Source of the DNA: an uncultured Gammaproteobacteria bacterium
GTDB lineage: Bacteria > Patescibacteriota > Microgenomatia > Levybacterales > UBA12049
Assembly: GCA_964477485.1 (NCBI GenBank)
Contig: CAYZEE010000003.1
Span: 1-42,950, forward strand
Reading direction: 5' to 3'
Length of the DNA: 42,950 nt
Position numbers and translations under genes: made by a program. Below are positions 28,701 through 37,803 of this stretch, piece by piece. The notes below the pieces were generated by a model. It ran no database searches. It was given only the letters and a program-made list of their open reading frames with translations, and was not told the DNA's origin. Numbering within the stretch: the first letter of the stretch is position 1; the number at the start of each line of letters is the position of its first letter.

Positions 28701-28774
28701 GTCGAGGCAAGTCTATAACCTAAGCCGTCACGTTCTCAACATAAAGATCGCGGGTTCGATTCCCGCAGGCGGTA
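28701..28774 (+). pseudogene. Decayed tRNA-Glu(CTC)
   Basis: Intact T arm GCGGG-TTCGATT-CCCGC and anticodon loop TTCTCAA; 35/43 identity to the 3' half of the intact tRNA; anticodon stem (TCACG/CATAA), D arm and acceptor stem are broken. Confidence 0.75.
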
Positions 28775-28783
28775 TACTTCGAC

Positions 28784-29008
28784 CTAATCTTTTGAAACTT
28801 CGAAGATTTTTTGGCGTGAGGTTGCACCTCTTAATAAAATAACTTTTGATCTGGCAATATGATAATAATTAGCTAAGGTTTCCTCTATTGCTTTATTTGC
28901 ATATCCTTTGTATGGCGCTTCTTTAACTGAAATCATAAAATGAGTTTCATCAATTTTTTCTATAGAAGCTCTCTTTGCTCCAGGCTTTGCAGTAACAAAA
29001 ACTCTCAT
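28784..29008 (-). CDS. DUF167 (YggU-like) protein
   Basis: VTAKPGAKR...ISVKEAPYKGYANKA...LA......S.V.LLRGATSRQK. Confidence 0.88.
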   Translation of the reverse strand: MRVFVTAKPGAKRASIEKIDETHFMISVKEAPYKGYANKAIEETLANYYHIARSKVILLRGATSRQKIFEVSKD

Positions 29009-29033
29009 AAAATTATATTTAAAAATCCGTGCA

Positions 29034-29135
29034 TCAACCCCTAGTTAAATCTGCTCTTCCAATCTTTCTTTTAAACTTCAAAATTTTAGGATTGACCTGT
29101 TCGAGACGAGAACCCATTTCGGTTCCATCAACCAT
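29034..29135 (-). CDS. Possible 33-aa small protein
   Basis: MVDGTEMGSRLEQVNPKILKFKRKIGRADLTRG; TATAAT 6 nt upstream of the ATG. Confidence 0.3.
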   Translation of the reverse strand: MVDGTEMGSRLEQVNPKILKFKRKIGRADLTRG

Positions 29136-29217
29136 ATGTTAATTATAATCCATTCATGTAACACTTGATGGCTAGTTTACTTGATATGATTTTATCATTT
29201 GGTATAATAATCCTCCT

Positions 29218-29994
29218 ATGGAATCGTTGAGAAGAAACGGAGAATTGCCTTATAAACCTGGCGATGAAATTCCTATTGAAATTGGAGATTTAATATTTCC
29301 CTTTGCGGATCCGGCATGCCACTACGACAGAAACAGCGTAAGTACAACTGCTGAAACAAGACTGCGTCTAAATCTTAATTTAGGCGGTAATGAAATTAGA
29401 AGCCTTAGAATTCTTTGCGAAATTACGACTGCAGAAGGAAATGGAATTGAGATAATTCCTTTTCACCGAGAAGCCGGATATATCATAACAGGAGACGATT
29501 TTGATTTAGAAAAAAGAAGAAAAAAATTACTTGAGTCCATAAGAAACTATGACGGATTTGGAATTAATGATGACTTTCCTTTGGGTCTTAGAATTATTGC
29601 TAATGGCAGCGCCCTTATAGAAGACGGGCTTGGCATTTTTGCCGGGTTTAATCAACGACATGAGAGAAGAATTATATTTAATCCGGATGTTGCCCGTTTG
29701 CTGAAGGCAATAAGATGCCACGCTAGATTAGACGGGATGGAATTTGAATCTAAATTGTTTCCCGCTCTCCCAACTGAAGTTCAATTAACGATTGACAAAG
29801 ATGACTATGACGAATACTGCGGAGATTTTTATCCCTTAGATACCGGACCATTGGCAGGGGAAATGGAAGGCAGCACTTGTTCTTTGGAAGACGACGGAAG
29901 TGATCTTGAAATAGGCGTAGGACATGAATTGTTTTTTGCTGACGATGAGAAAGAAATAAGAAGAATAGGTATAGGATTTACTACTGTTTCTTAA
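29218..29994 (+). CDS. Hypothetical acidic protein
   Basis: 258-aa ORF filling the gap; TGgTATAAT 9 nt upstream; no family recognised. Confidence 0.7.
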   Translation: MESLRRNGELPYKPGDEIPIEIGDLIFPFADPACHYDRNSVSTTAETRLRLNLNLGGNEIRSLRILCEITTAEGNGIEIIPFHREAGYIITGDDFDLEKRRKKLLESIRNYDGFGINDDFPLGLRIIANGSALIEDGLGIFAGFNQRHERRIIFNPDVARLLKAIRCHARLDGMEFESKLFPALPTEVQLTIDKDDYDEYCGDFYPLDTGPLAGEMEGSTCSLEDDGSDLEIGVGHELFFADDEKEIRRIGIGFTTVS

Positions 29995-32363
29995 TCTACT
30001 TTGTATGGGGAGGGGGCATGAAGAACAGGACGCGGTTGCTCCAGTTGACTTCTATCTTTTGAAAGCGGTTTTGTTAATGCGATTCCCAGAACTTCATCCA
30101 TATGGGACACAAATACAAATTTGAGATCCCTTAAGACTTCTTTTGGGACATCTTCCAAATCCTTCTTGTTGTCTTTTGGTATAATAATAGTCTTAAGTCC
30201 AGCTCTATGGGCTGCGATAACTTTTTCTTTAACTCCGCCAATCTCCAGAACCCTACCTCTAAGAGTAATCTCTCCTGTCATACCAATTTTTCTGTTTACA
30301 GGGATTCGCGTCAGTGCTGACACAATTGCGGTTGTTATTGCAATACCTGCCGACGGGCCGTCTTTTGGAACTGCACCTTCCGGAACATGCACGTGAACAT
30401 CAATTTTTTGGTAAAATTTTTCAGACAAACCTAATTGATGCGCTCTTGCCCTTATATACGACATTGCCGCTTGACAGGATTCTTTCATCACATCACCAAG
30501 CTGTCCTGTTAAGATAAGATTTCCTTTCCCGGGCATAAGCGCAACTTCGATAAACAGAATATCTCCACCTGCCTCTGTCCACGCAAGACCGGTTGACATA
30601 CCAATTTCATCTTTTTTCTCAAGAATTGTAGAGCGAATTTTAATCGGACCAAGGAATTTGGGAACATTTTTCTCAGAAACTACAACTTTTTTAGTTTTTC
30701 CTTCGGCAATCATCTTTGCAACCTTCCTAAGAATAGTTGCAATTTGTCTCTCAAGACTTCTGACCCCTGCTTCTCTTGTGTAATGCGCAATTATAAAGCG
30801 GGCCGCATCATCTTTAACCTCAACTGTTTTATCAGATAACCCATGGTTTTCCATTTGTTTTTTGAGTAGAAATTCTTTTGCAATTTCAAACTTTTCATAT
30901 TGAGTGTATCCTGCAAAATTTATAATCTCCAGTCTGTCACGAAGCGCAGGAGGTATAGTATCCAGAACATTTGCAGTTGTTATAAACATCACGTCTGAAA
31001 GATCAAAGGCTACTTCAAGATAGTGGTCTGAGAATTGATTGTTCTGTTCAGGATCCAATGCTTCAAGAAGTGCCGAGGAAGGATCGCCTCGAAAATCAGC
31101 TCCGACTTTGTCTATCTCATCAAGCATAAAGACAGGATTTCTGGTTCCAGCGTCCTTTATCCCCTGAATTATGCGACCGGGCAATGCACCAACATATGTC
31201 CTTCTATGACCTCTGATTTCTGCCTCATCTCTTATCCCGCCCAAAGAAACTCTTATAAATTTTCTGCCAAGAGCTCTGGCTATTGATTTTCCTATTGAGG
31301 TTTTGCCAACGCCCGGCGGTCCGACAAAACAGAGAATTGGTCCCTTCATCTTTCCGGCAAGTTTGTGAACTGCAAGATATTCAACAATTCTTTCTTTCAC
31401 TTTCTCAAGTCCGTAATGATCTTCATCCAGATTTTTTTCGGCTGCTTTTATATCGACGTTATTTTTGCTTTCATTGCTCCAGGGAAGAGCTATTAGCCAA
31501 TCAAGATAATTCCTTATATATCCTGCTTCCGGATTAAATTGATTCATTTGCGAAAGTTTCTTTAGCTCTTTTCTCGCTTTCTCCTCAACATCCTCAGGCA
31601 TTCCGGCTTTTTTTATCTTTTCTGAAAGCTCTCTTGTCTCGCTGTCTTCATCGCTTTGACCGAGTTCTTTTTCTATTGTCTTAAGTCTTTCCCGAAGCAT
31701 TGCTTCTTTTGCGCCTTTCTCAAATCTTTCCTGTGTTTTTGATGAAAGACGTCTTTCGATCTCCAAGACCTTAATTTCTTTAGCTAAAAATTCCGTAACC
31801 TTCTCAAGTCTTACCTTTACATCAGTTATTTCCAAAAGTTCTTGTTTGTCTTGCGGTTTTATATCCAAAACTGAAGCGATAAGATCGGATAATTCAGATG
31901 GTGGGTTATCCGACATTATATTCATAAATGTCAGAAAATCTACAGATTTCCCAAGATTTATTGCCTTTCGAAACTGATTAGTCACATGATTTGAGAGCGC
32001 CTTAAGCTCAGGAGAATCATTAGAAACTTCAGGAAGCTCAACCACCTTTGCTACAAGAAATTGTTCATGATTCTCATATGAAAGGATTTTAACTCTTGAA
32101 ATACCTTTAACTTGAGCGTTAATTTCTCCGTCAGTTCGTATCATTCTCTCAATTCGCGAAAGAGTTCCGATAGTGTACAAATCATCCGATGTCGGTTCGT
32201 TGAGTCTTGAGTTTTTTTGAAGGACAAAACAGACTATCCGTTCGTGGGCAAAGGAGCTTTCAAGGGCAGCTAAACTTTTCGGTCTTCCAAAAGTCAATAC
32301 GGAATCTATATTGGGAAAAATAATCCCATCTCTTATCGGTATTACGGGAACAAGTTTTTCCAT
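29991..32363 (-). CDS. lon: ATP-dependent Lon protease
   Basis: [53 protein letters not shown] catalytic Ser, IGGVKEK. Confidence 0.98.
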   Translation of the reverse strand: MEKLVPVIPIRDGIIFPNIDSVLTFGRPKSLAALESSFAHERIVCFVLQKNSRLNEPTSDDLYTIGTLSRIERMIRTDGEINAQVKGISRVKILSYENHEQFLVAKVVELPEVSNDSPELKALSNHVTNQFRKAINLGKSVDFLTFMNIMSDNPPSELSDLIASVLDIKPQDKQELLEITDVKVRLEKVTEFLAKEIKVLEIERRLSSKTQERFEKGAKEAMLRERLKTIEKELGQSDEDSETRELSEKIKKAGMPEDVEEKARKELKKLSQMNQFNPEAGYIRNYLDWLIALPWSNESKNNVDIKAAEKNLDEDHYGLEKVKERIVEYLAVHKLAGKMKGPILCFVGPPGVGKTSIGKSIARALGRKFIRVSLGGIRDEAEIRGHRRTYVGALPGRIIQGIKDAGTRNPVFMLDEIDKVGADFRGDPSSALLEALDPEQNNQFSDHYLEVAFDLSDVMFITTANVLDTIPPALRDRLEIINFAGYTQYEKFEIAKEFLLKKQMENHGLSDKTVEVKDDAARFIIAHYTREAGVRSLERQIATILRKVAKMIAEGKTKKVVVSEKNVPKFLGPIKIRSTILEKKDEIGMSTGLAWTEAGGDILFIEVALMPGKGNLILTGQLGDVMKESCQAAMSYIRARAHQLGLSEKFYQKIDVHVHVPEGAVPKDGPSAGIAITTAIVSALTRIPVNRKIGMTGEITLRGRVLEIGGVKEKVIAAHRAGLKTIIIPKDNKKDLEDVPKEVLRDLKFVFVSHMDEVLGIALTKPLSKDRSQLEQPRPVLHAPSPYKVD

Positions 32364-32367
32364 ATTA

Positions 32368-32401
32368 TTAGCACTCTATCAAAATATCTGCTAATTGTCA
32401 A
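32368..32401 (-). promoter_or_regulatory. lon promoter overlapped by a CIRCE (HrcA) operator
   Basis: TTAGCACTC-N9-ATCTGCTAA at 32368-32394 (consensus TTAGCACTC-N9-GAGTGCTAA). Minus-strand TTGACA (32401-32396), 17 nt, TAGAGT (32378-32373). Confidence 0.85.
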
Positions 32402-32531
32402 GCCCCTCCTGATGTCTATATTAGCAGCAATAGTAAATTATCACAATTATTATAAACAGAGAATATTAATTCTGAAACAAATATGTAAGACTGTGCTAGG
32501 TACATTTGAAAGTTAGTCTGGGATTTTGGGG

Positions 32532-32561
32532 TTGACAGGCAAAGACGCTCGAGCCTACAAT
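32532..32561 (+). promoter_or_regulatory. sigma70 promoter of the MgtE-N/Nramp operon
   Basis: TTGACA, 18 nt, TACAAT, ending 9 nt before ATG 32571. Confidence 0.7.
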
Positions 32562-32570
32562 TAATTTACC

Positions 32571-33743
32571 ATGTTCTATTTAAGTGAACTTCTGAACAAA
32601 AATATATACTCTAACAAAAAGGTTTTTGGGAAGATTATAGATGCTGCAGTCTTTGAAAGCTATCCAATGCCATCCCTGTCAAAGATTGCCATCAAAAAAA
32701 GTGGTAAAAAAGTAACGATTACCGCTGAGGCAATCAATTTCTCACACAAATATTTTCTTCTTAAATCTGTACAAGCGCCTCTTCTTCCATATGATGAGAA
32801 TGATTTTTATCTAAAGGAGGACCTTTTAGATAAACAAGTCATTGATATTGATGGAAAACGGCTGGTCCGCGTTAACGATGTAATTTTAGAAGCCAATGGA
32901 GAACTTAAGGTAGTTGGAATTGATATAGGTTTTGCAGGAATCTTGAGAAGACTTGGCATGAACAGAATTATCAAGCTTCAAGCCCGAATTTTGCCATGGC
33001 AAATGATTGAAGCATTCGATTATGAAACCGGCAATGTCAAAATAAAGCTGACCCAAAATAAACTAAATTCCCTGCATCCTGCAGAACTTGCCGATATTTT
33101 GGAAGAGCTAGGAACAAAAGAAAGACTTGGAATTATTGAAGTCCTAAATCCTGACACTGCCGCTAAGGCAATAGAGGAAGCAAACGCTGAAACTCAAGAG
33201 GCAATTCTTGAACAGCTTCCCATCTTTCCGCTTAAAAAAATCGTAAGCAAGATGCACTTATCCGAAATTGCCGATATTTTTTATAAAATTAATCCTTTAA
33301 GAATCAGAGAAATTTTAGGCTTTTTGGGAATTGAAAAAGCCAAAACAGTTGAAAAACTTTTGGATTTTGGGATGGATACTGCGGGAGGCATTATGACCCT
33401 AGACTACCAAACCTTTAGCGGAGAGAAAACCGTAAAACAAGCCTTAAGTGAGCTTCTAAATCTTGCGTCAAAACCAGAGGCAATTATCGTAACTAATGAA
33501 AATGGCAAGTTCTTAGGAACTCTTTATATAAAAGATCTTGCTAACTGTGACCCACTGGCTGTATTAAAAGACATTGTAGGCGATAGAAAATTTACTTACC
33601 CTGATGTAGATTTTTCTCAAATTCTCAAGATTTTTTCACAATACCATTTAAGACTCCTTCCTGTCGTAGATAAAGACAGAAAACCTATTGGAGCAATATC
33701 CATTGATGCTGTCTTGGGGAATATAGAAGAAAGACAAGAATAA
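32571..33743 (+). CDS. Soluble PRC-barrel / MgtE N-domain / CBS-pair protein (no membrane domain)
   Basis: DLLDKQVIDIDGKRLVRVND, LHPAELADILEEL, TAGGIMT, LLPVVD...GAISIDAV. Confidence 0.85.
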   Translation: MFYLSELLNKNIYSNKKVFGKIIDAAVFESYPMPSLSKIAIKKSGKKVTITAEAINFSHKYFLLKSVQAPLLPYDENDFYLKEDLLDKQVIDIDGKRLVRVNDVILEANGELKVVGIDIGFAGILRRLGMNRIIKLQARILPWQMIEAFDYETGNVKIKLTQNKLNSLHPAELADILEELGTKERLGIIEVLNPDTAAKAIEEANAETQEAILEQLPIFPLKKIVSKMHLSEIADIFYKINPLRIREILGFLGIEKAKTVEKLLDFGMDTAGGIMTLDYQTFSGEKTVKQALSELLNLASKPEAIIVTNENGKFLGTLYIKDLANCDPLAVLKDIVGDRKFTYPDVDFSQILKIFSQYHLRLLPVVDKDRKPIGAISIDAVLGNIEERQE

Positions 33744-33744
33744 A

Positions 33745-34998
33745 ATGGAACAATTTAAAAGGCGCTTTCGAAGACTCCTGCCCATACTTGCAATTATTGG
33801 GCCAGGTATTATATCAGGTTCCGTAGATAATGATGCGGGTGGAATTACAAGCTATTCTGTTGCCGGCGCATCATTTGGCTACTCTCTTCTATGGGTTTTG
33901 TTCTTGACTACATTCTCACTGGCGGTTACCCAGGAAATTGGAGCAAGAATGGGGCTTGTTACAGGAAAGGGTCTTGCATCACTGATCCGGGAAAAATTTG
34001 GCATTAACTGGACTGTTTTTATAATGATAGTTTTGTTTATAGCCAATATGGGAACCGTTGCTGCGGAATTCGCAGGAATTGCAGGCGCTCTTGAGATATT
34101 TAACATTCCCCGTATAGTTTCTGTAGGAATTGCTATAATCGCAATTTATTTTCTTGTAACAAAAGGGAATTTTAAAAGGCTTGAGCGGATATTCCTGACC
34201 GTTTCTTTTTTCTATGTTGCCTATATTTTATCTGCTGTAATTATTCACCCTAATTGGGAATTGGCTTTTAAAAGCATCGTTATTCCCTCTTTTAAATTAA
34301 ATAATTATAATGCTTACATCTTAACCTTAATGGCAGTCATAGGAACAACTATCACTCCCTGGGGACAATTCTTTATTCAGGATTATGTTGTTGATAAGAA
34401 ACTTTCAAAAGAAGATTTAACAGTTGAAAGGGGCGACGTATTTTTTGGAAGCTTTCTTACAAATTTTATTGCATTCTTTATTATAGTAGTAACTGCCGCA
34501 ACGCTCTTTGTAAAAGGCATAAATATAAATGATGCAAAAGATGCGGCATTTGCATTAAAGCCTTTGGCTGGAAATTTTGCAGCCCTTCTTTTTTCTTTTG
34601 GTCTTCTCAACGCTTCTCTTTTCGGCGCTGCTCTTGTCCCTGTCTCAACCTCATATGTTATAACCGAGGCGTTTGGAATGGAATCCGGACTAAACTTTAG
34701 AGTCAGGCAAGCTCTCTCATTTTATGGACTTTTTGCATTTTTATTGATACTCGGAGGAATTATGATCATACTCCCAATCTTTCCTCTTATTGCTATTCTT
34801 GTTGTTTCGCAAGCTTTAAACGCAGTTTTGCTTCTTCCTATCTTCGTATTTCTCTATATTCTTTCAAATGATAAAAAAATTATGAACGGATACACCAACA
34901 ATAAGCTAATAAATGCAGTTTTAATAATTACCGTTGTAGGAGTAACAATTGCTTCTGTCTTCTATGTTTACTCACTCATTTTTCCAAAAGGATTCTGA
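33745..34998 (+). CDS. Nramp-family divalent metal transporter (non-canonical motif)
   Basis: GPGIISGSVDNDAGGITSYSVAGASFGY, GTTITPW; about 11 TM segments; starts 1 nt after the CBS gene. Confidence 0.88.
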   Translation: MEQFKRRFRRLLPILAIIGPGIISGSVDNDAGGITSYSVAGASFGYSLLWVLFLTTFSLAVTQEIGARMGLVTGKGLASLIREKFGINWTVFIMIVLFIANMGTVAAEFAGIAGALEIFNIPRIVSVGIAIIAIYFLVTKGNFKRLERIFLTVSFFYVAYILSAVIIHPNWELAFKSIVIPSFKLNNYNAYILTLMAVIGTTITPWGQFFIQDYVVDKKLSKEDLTVERGDVFFGSFLTNFIAFFIIVVTAATLFVKGININDAKDAAFALKPLAGNFAALLFSFGLLNASLFGAALVPVSTSYVITEAFGMESGLNFRVRQALSFYGLFAFLLILGGIMIILPIFPLIAILVVSQALNAVLLLPIFVFLYILSNDKKIMNGYTNNKLINAVLIITVVGVTIASVFYVYSLIFPKGF

Positions 34999-35007
34999 TT
35001 GGGAAAA

Positions 35008-35904
35008 TTAATACTCGTAATCTGCGACTAATTCTGCCCTGTTGTTATATAAAAAAGCATGGTCTCCCGAGTTATTCAAAACAGCGTATTTAAGTTCCGG
35101 GCACTGCCAATAAAGTTTGTTCGGCAAGTTCTTTCCGCATCCTGAATACAATCTGACATTCCTACCTGCTTCAAGCGAGAAATCGTGAAACTGGTATTTG
35201 TTTGATGCTGAATTGTCCTTAAGAAGCCATCCGTTCATTGAGACAGAACTTGAACAAGCGTTTGCTATATCCACCCATTCGCCGTTTTTATTCAGGTTAT
35301 CGTTTCCCGCCGCATTGGCGCTGATTGACAATATCTTAATACAATTTGAGGAGGAGCATAAACCTTTCCATATTCCGAGGCAACTGCTGCAGGCTTGTTT
35401 CTGTGCTTTTAGAAATTCATTTTGATATTTCACATTGGGTTGTATAGTTTCAGAAACTGCAAGCCTCTGTCTGACCATTTCTAAATTTATAAAAGTGGCT
35501 CCGACAAAAACGTAAGCAAGCGTCCTGTTATATCGGTCTTTTGCCTGAACATCAAACTCAAGTCTTACTTTTTTGTTTAAGACCAAAGATTTATTCTTCT
35601 CAAGTGATTCACTGAAAAACGGTTGCCCTTCTTCCGGCGCATTAATCCCAATATAACGCACCCTTTCGTGGGAAGTTGTTTCAATAGTATCTCCGTCAAA
35701 AACATAAGTGATAAAAGTATCTTCTTTCGGGAGAATTGATTCTTCCGTAAGTCCTAAAGTCAAAGTTGGTTTAATCCAAGAAGTAACCGCGGATGATACT
35801 CTCTTGTTAGTTATTTGAGTCTCTGATAACCTGTTTATGGAGAGTCCTAAAAAGATAAATAAGGTCCCTAAAAGAAGAAAGAGGATAGGAAGTTTATGTT
35901 TCAT
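35008..35904 (-). CDS. Membrane-anchored thermonuclease (SNase) with a lamin-tail domain
   Basis: VFDGDTI, VRYIGINAPE, DRYNRTLAYV, GIW; LTD NGEWVDIAN...MNGWLLKD...LNNSGD. Confidence 0.9.
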   Translation of the reverse strand: MKHKLPILFLLLGTLFIFLGLSINRLSETQITNKRVSSAVTSWIKPTLTLGLTEESILPKEDTFITYVFDGDTIETTSHERVRYIGINAPEEGQPFFSESLEKNKSLVLNKKVRLEFDVQAKDRYNRTLAYVFVGATFINLEMVRQRLAVSETIQPNVKYQNEFLKAQKQACSSCLGIWKGLCSSSNCIKILSISANAAGNDNLNKNGEWVDIANACSSSVSMNGWLLKDNSASNKYQFHDFSLEAGRNVRLYSGCGKNLPNKLYWQCPELKYAVLNNSGDHAFLYNNRAELVADYEY

Positions 35905-35909
35905 TTACC

Positions 35910-36182
35910 TCATCGAATTTCACCGGCCGGAATATGGGGCTTTTGGCCAAGATACGGAATTCTGGCTTTTAGATCATCTCGCTGCTGCTGGGTCAAACTT
36001 GACGCTGGTCTGCCATCTTTTAAAAATAGACAAACGTCATCAATTATTCCTTCGCAGCTTGTCCTGCCTCCTATCTTCACCTTAGGAAAATTACATCCGG
36101 AAAATCTGCCTTTAAGATGCCAAAAAGCGCACGACTTTCCCAGATTATTTTCATTTGGATAAGACCTTTCTGTCTCTGCCAT
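35910..36182 (-). CDS. Small hypothetical protein with four Cys
   Basis: 90 aa; fits between co-oriented genes with 5-nt gaps on each side. Confidence 0.6.
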   Translation of the reverse strand: MAETERSYPNENNLGKSCAFWHLKGRFSGCNFPKVKIGGRTSCEGIIDDVCLFLKDGRPASSLTQQQRDDLKARIPYLGQKPHIPAGEIR

Positions 36183-36187
36183 AACTA

Positions 36188-36550
36188 TTATCGTTCTGGT
36201 TTATAACGAACCTGAAATCTGTCTTTGTAGGTTAACCCTTGGATTATGCTTCCGATAAAAAACCCGTGCAGAATCTTTGATTTTTTAAACTCCTTTTTTA
36301 AAAAAATAAGGGGGTAAAGAAGAGACAGAATTGTCCAATGATGAATGTGATAATGCTCATCTTCTTTGTGAACTTTAATGTTTGGAAAGTAAGAAATATT
36401 TCTTACTTTTTTTTCCGGAAGTTTTCTGACAGGAGATCTTGCGGGATGAGAGCTAAGAAAAAAAAATGAAAAACCGGCAAAAACGCCAGCCAAAAATTTA
36501 CCGGCATCAATTGCTTGCTCTTTTTTTATCTTTTTGATAACTCTCTTCAC
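36188..36550 (-). CDS. Hypothetical membrane protein with an HYHIHHW motif
   Basis: Hydrophobic segments; GTG start 6 nt after TGgTAAACT. Confidence 0.7.
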   Translation of the reverse strand: MKRVIKKIKKEQAIDAGKFLAGVFAGFSFFFLSSHPARSPVRKLPEKKVRNISYFPNIKVHKEDEHYHIHHWTILSLLYPLIFLKKEFKKSKILHGFFIGSIIQGLTYKDRFQVRYKPER

Positions 36551-36623
36551 AGCAAAAGTTTACCATTTTCTGCCTAAATATGCAACAAAAATGGTAACCC
36601 AAAACACCCCACTCGAGCAAATC

Positions 36624-37115
36624 TTATTTTGCCAGATGCCAGATTCCGCCTATACCGTCTCCCTTCGTATCGCCGGGATTCTTATCATTTGCGTAATAGT
36701 AAAGTGGCTTTCCATTCAATGTGTATTGTGTTGACCCATCGCTTCTTATAGTCGTTCCCAAATTCGCCGGCATCGGAGATGAAACATTCCCTTTGGCAAG
36801 ATACGGTGGCCAAATAGTGGCACAGGTTCCCGTACAGTTACTTTTACCTGTTGTATCTTTATCGTAAGTATAAAGCGATCTTCCATTGGCATCGGTTACA
36901 AGTTTTCCGTTTTTTGACATCATTACAATGTTTGATGCAACCGGAGTAGGCTGTGTCTTTTGAGCTGATTTTCTTGCCTGTTCCAGCTGATTCTGGTAAC
37001 TTGCCTGCATGTTGCTCATGAGCGTTACAAATTTATTTTTTTCATATGCATAACCAATATATGCGCCTACCAGAAGCGCTACTATCACAAGTACCCAAAT
37101 CCATATTTTATTCAT
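36624..37115 (-). CDS. COG4315 / Lipoprotein_15 repeat secreted protein
   Basis: GRSLYTYDKD...CTGTCATIWPP, GKPLYYYAND..PGD..GDG.GG.W. Start ATG 37115 has SD AGGAGGTGA (track start 37178). Confidence 0.88.
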   Translation of the reverse strand: MNKIWIWVLVIVALLVGAYIGYAYEKNKFVTLMSNMQASYQNQLEQARKSAQKTQPTPVASNIVMMSKNGKLVTDANGRSLYTYDKDTTGKSNCTGTCATIWPPYLAKGNVSSPMPANLGTTIRSDGSTQYTLNGKPLYYYANDKNPGDTKGDGIGGIWHLAK

Positions 37116-37243
37116 TAATCTATCACCTCCTCTCTTTTTTTCTGAACTACATTTTTTGTTGATGTTCCATCCTTGCAAACTGTCAATTTCGCAGTGAATA
37201 AGAGACCCGGTTGTCTCCTTGATCTTCTGTTATCTTCAGTCAT
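37115..37243 (-). CDS. Possible 42-aa upstream small ORF
   Basis: MTEDNRRSRRQPGLLFTAKLTVCKDGTSTKNVVQKKREEVID; its stop overlaps the next start (TAATG). Confidence 0.35.
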   Translation of the reverse strand: MTEDNRRSRRQPGLLFTAKLTVCKDGTSTKNVVQKKREEVID

Positions 37244-37357
37244 AATGTGGCTGAGTATACCTCTCTAGGCGCATTATATCATAATAGCGGGGGTCTCAAT
37301 GACGATACGGCTTAATTGCGTAAGCTAATATTTTCTCCGCATGGTATAATTAATTGA

Positions 37358-37783
37358 ATGCATAAGTCTTTTTATACAAGTGGATTTATATTTCATCTGC
37401 CTACCCAACAAATTCTCTTGCAACAACGTCAATTGGCGTCATCAATAACTTCCTCTTGGACTTTGTTTGAAAAAGAACATTCAGAGAACAAACAATCGGA
37501 AGATGTATTTAAAAATACCATATCCAAGCTTTTAAATATCACGCTAGATAATGTTGAACAGATATATTCTTATGTCCAAGAAGATAAAAATTATACATTG
37601 TTATATGCGACTGTTAGAACATTGGAAAAATTTCCTCCTAAAAAAGGATATATTTTTCGCTGGTTTTCATTTAAAGAGGTATTAAAAATAAAAGCGTCTG
37701 AGCAAACAAAACATGATATTGTAGTTGGACAACGGGTGATAGAAGCTGTTAAAAGAAAGGAAGCAGGGGAACACACATTCTGA
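37358..37783 (+). CDS. Nudix-fold protein with a degenerate Nudix box
   Basis: GFIFH...QILLQQR...WTLF layout and FRWFSFKEV, but no GX5EX7REUXEEXGU. Confidence 0.6.
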   Translation: MHKSFYTSGFIFHLPTQQILLQQRQLASSITSSWTLFEKEHSENKQSEDVFKNTISKLLNITLDNVEQIYSYVQEDKNYTLLYATVRTLEKFPPKKGYIFRWFSFKEVLKIKASEQTKHDIVVGQRVIEAVKRKEAGEHTF

Positions 37784-37803
37784 TAAATAAAATATTCATA
37801 TAA

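Noticed and set aside
28701-28774. Functional second tRNA-Glu
   Set aside because: Acceptor, D and anticodon stems do not pair properly; only the T arm is intact.
32571-33743. Calling this gene mgtE or a truncated pseudogene
   Set aside because: It lacks the membrane domain but has additional N-terminal PRC-like domains and is coupled to the Nramp gene, consistent with an intact soluble protein.
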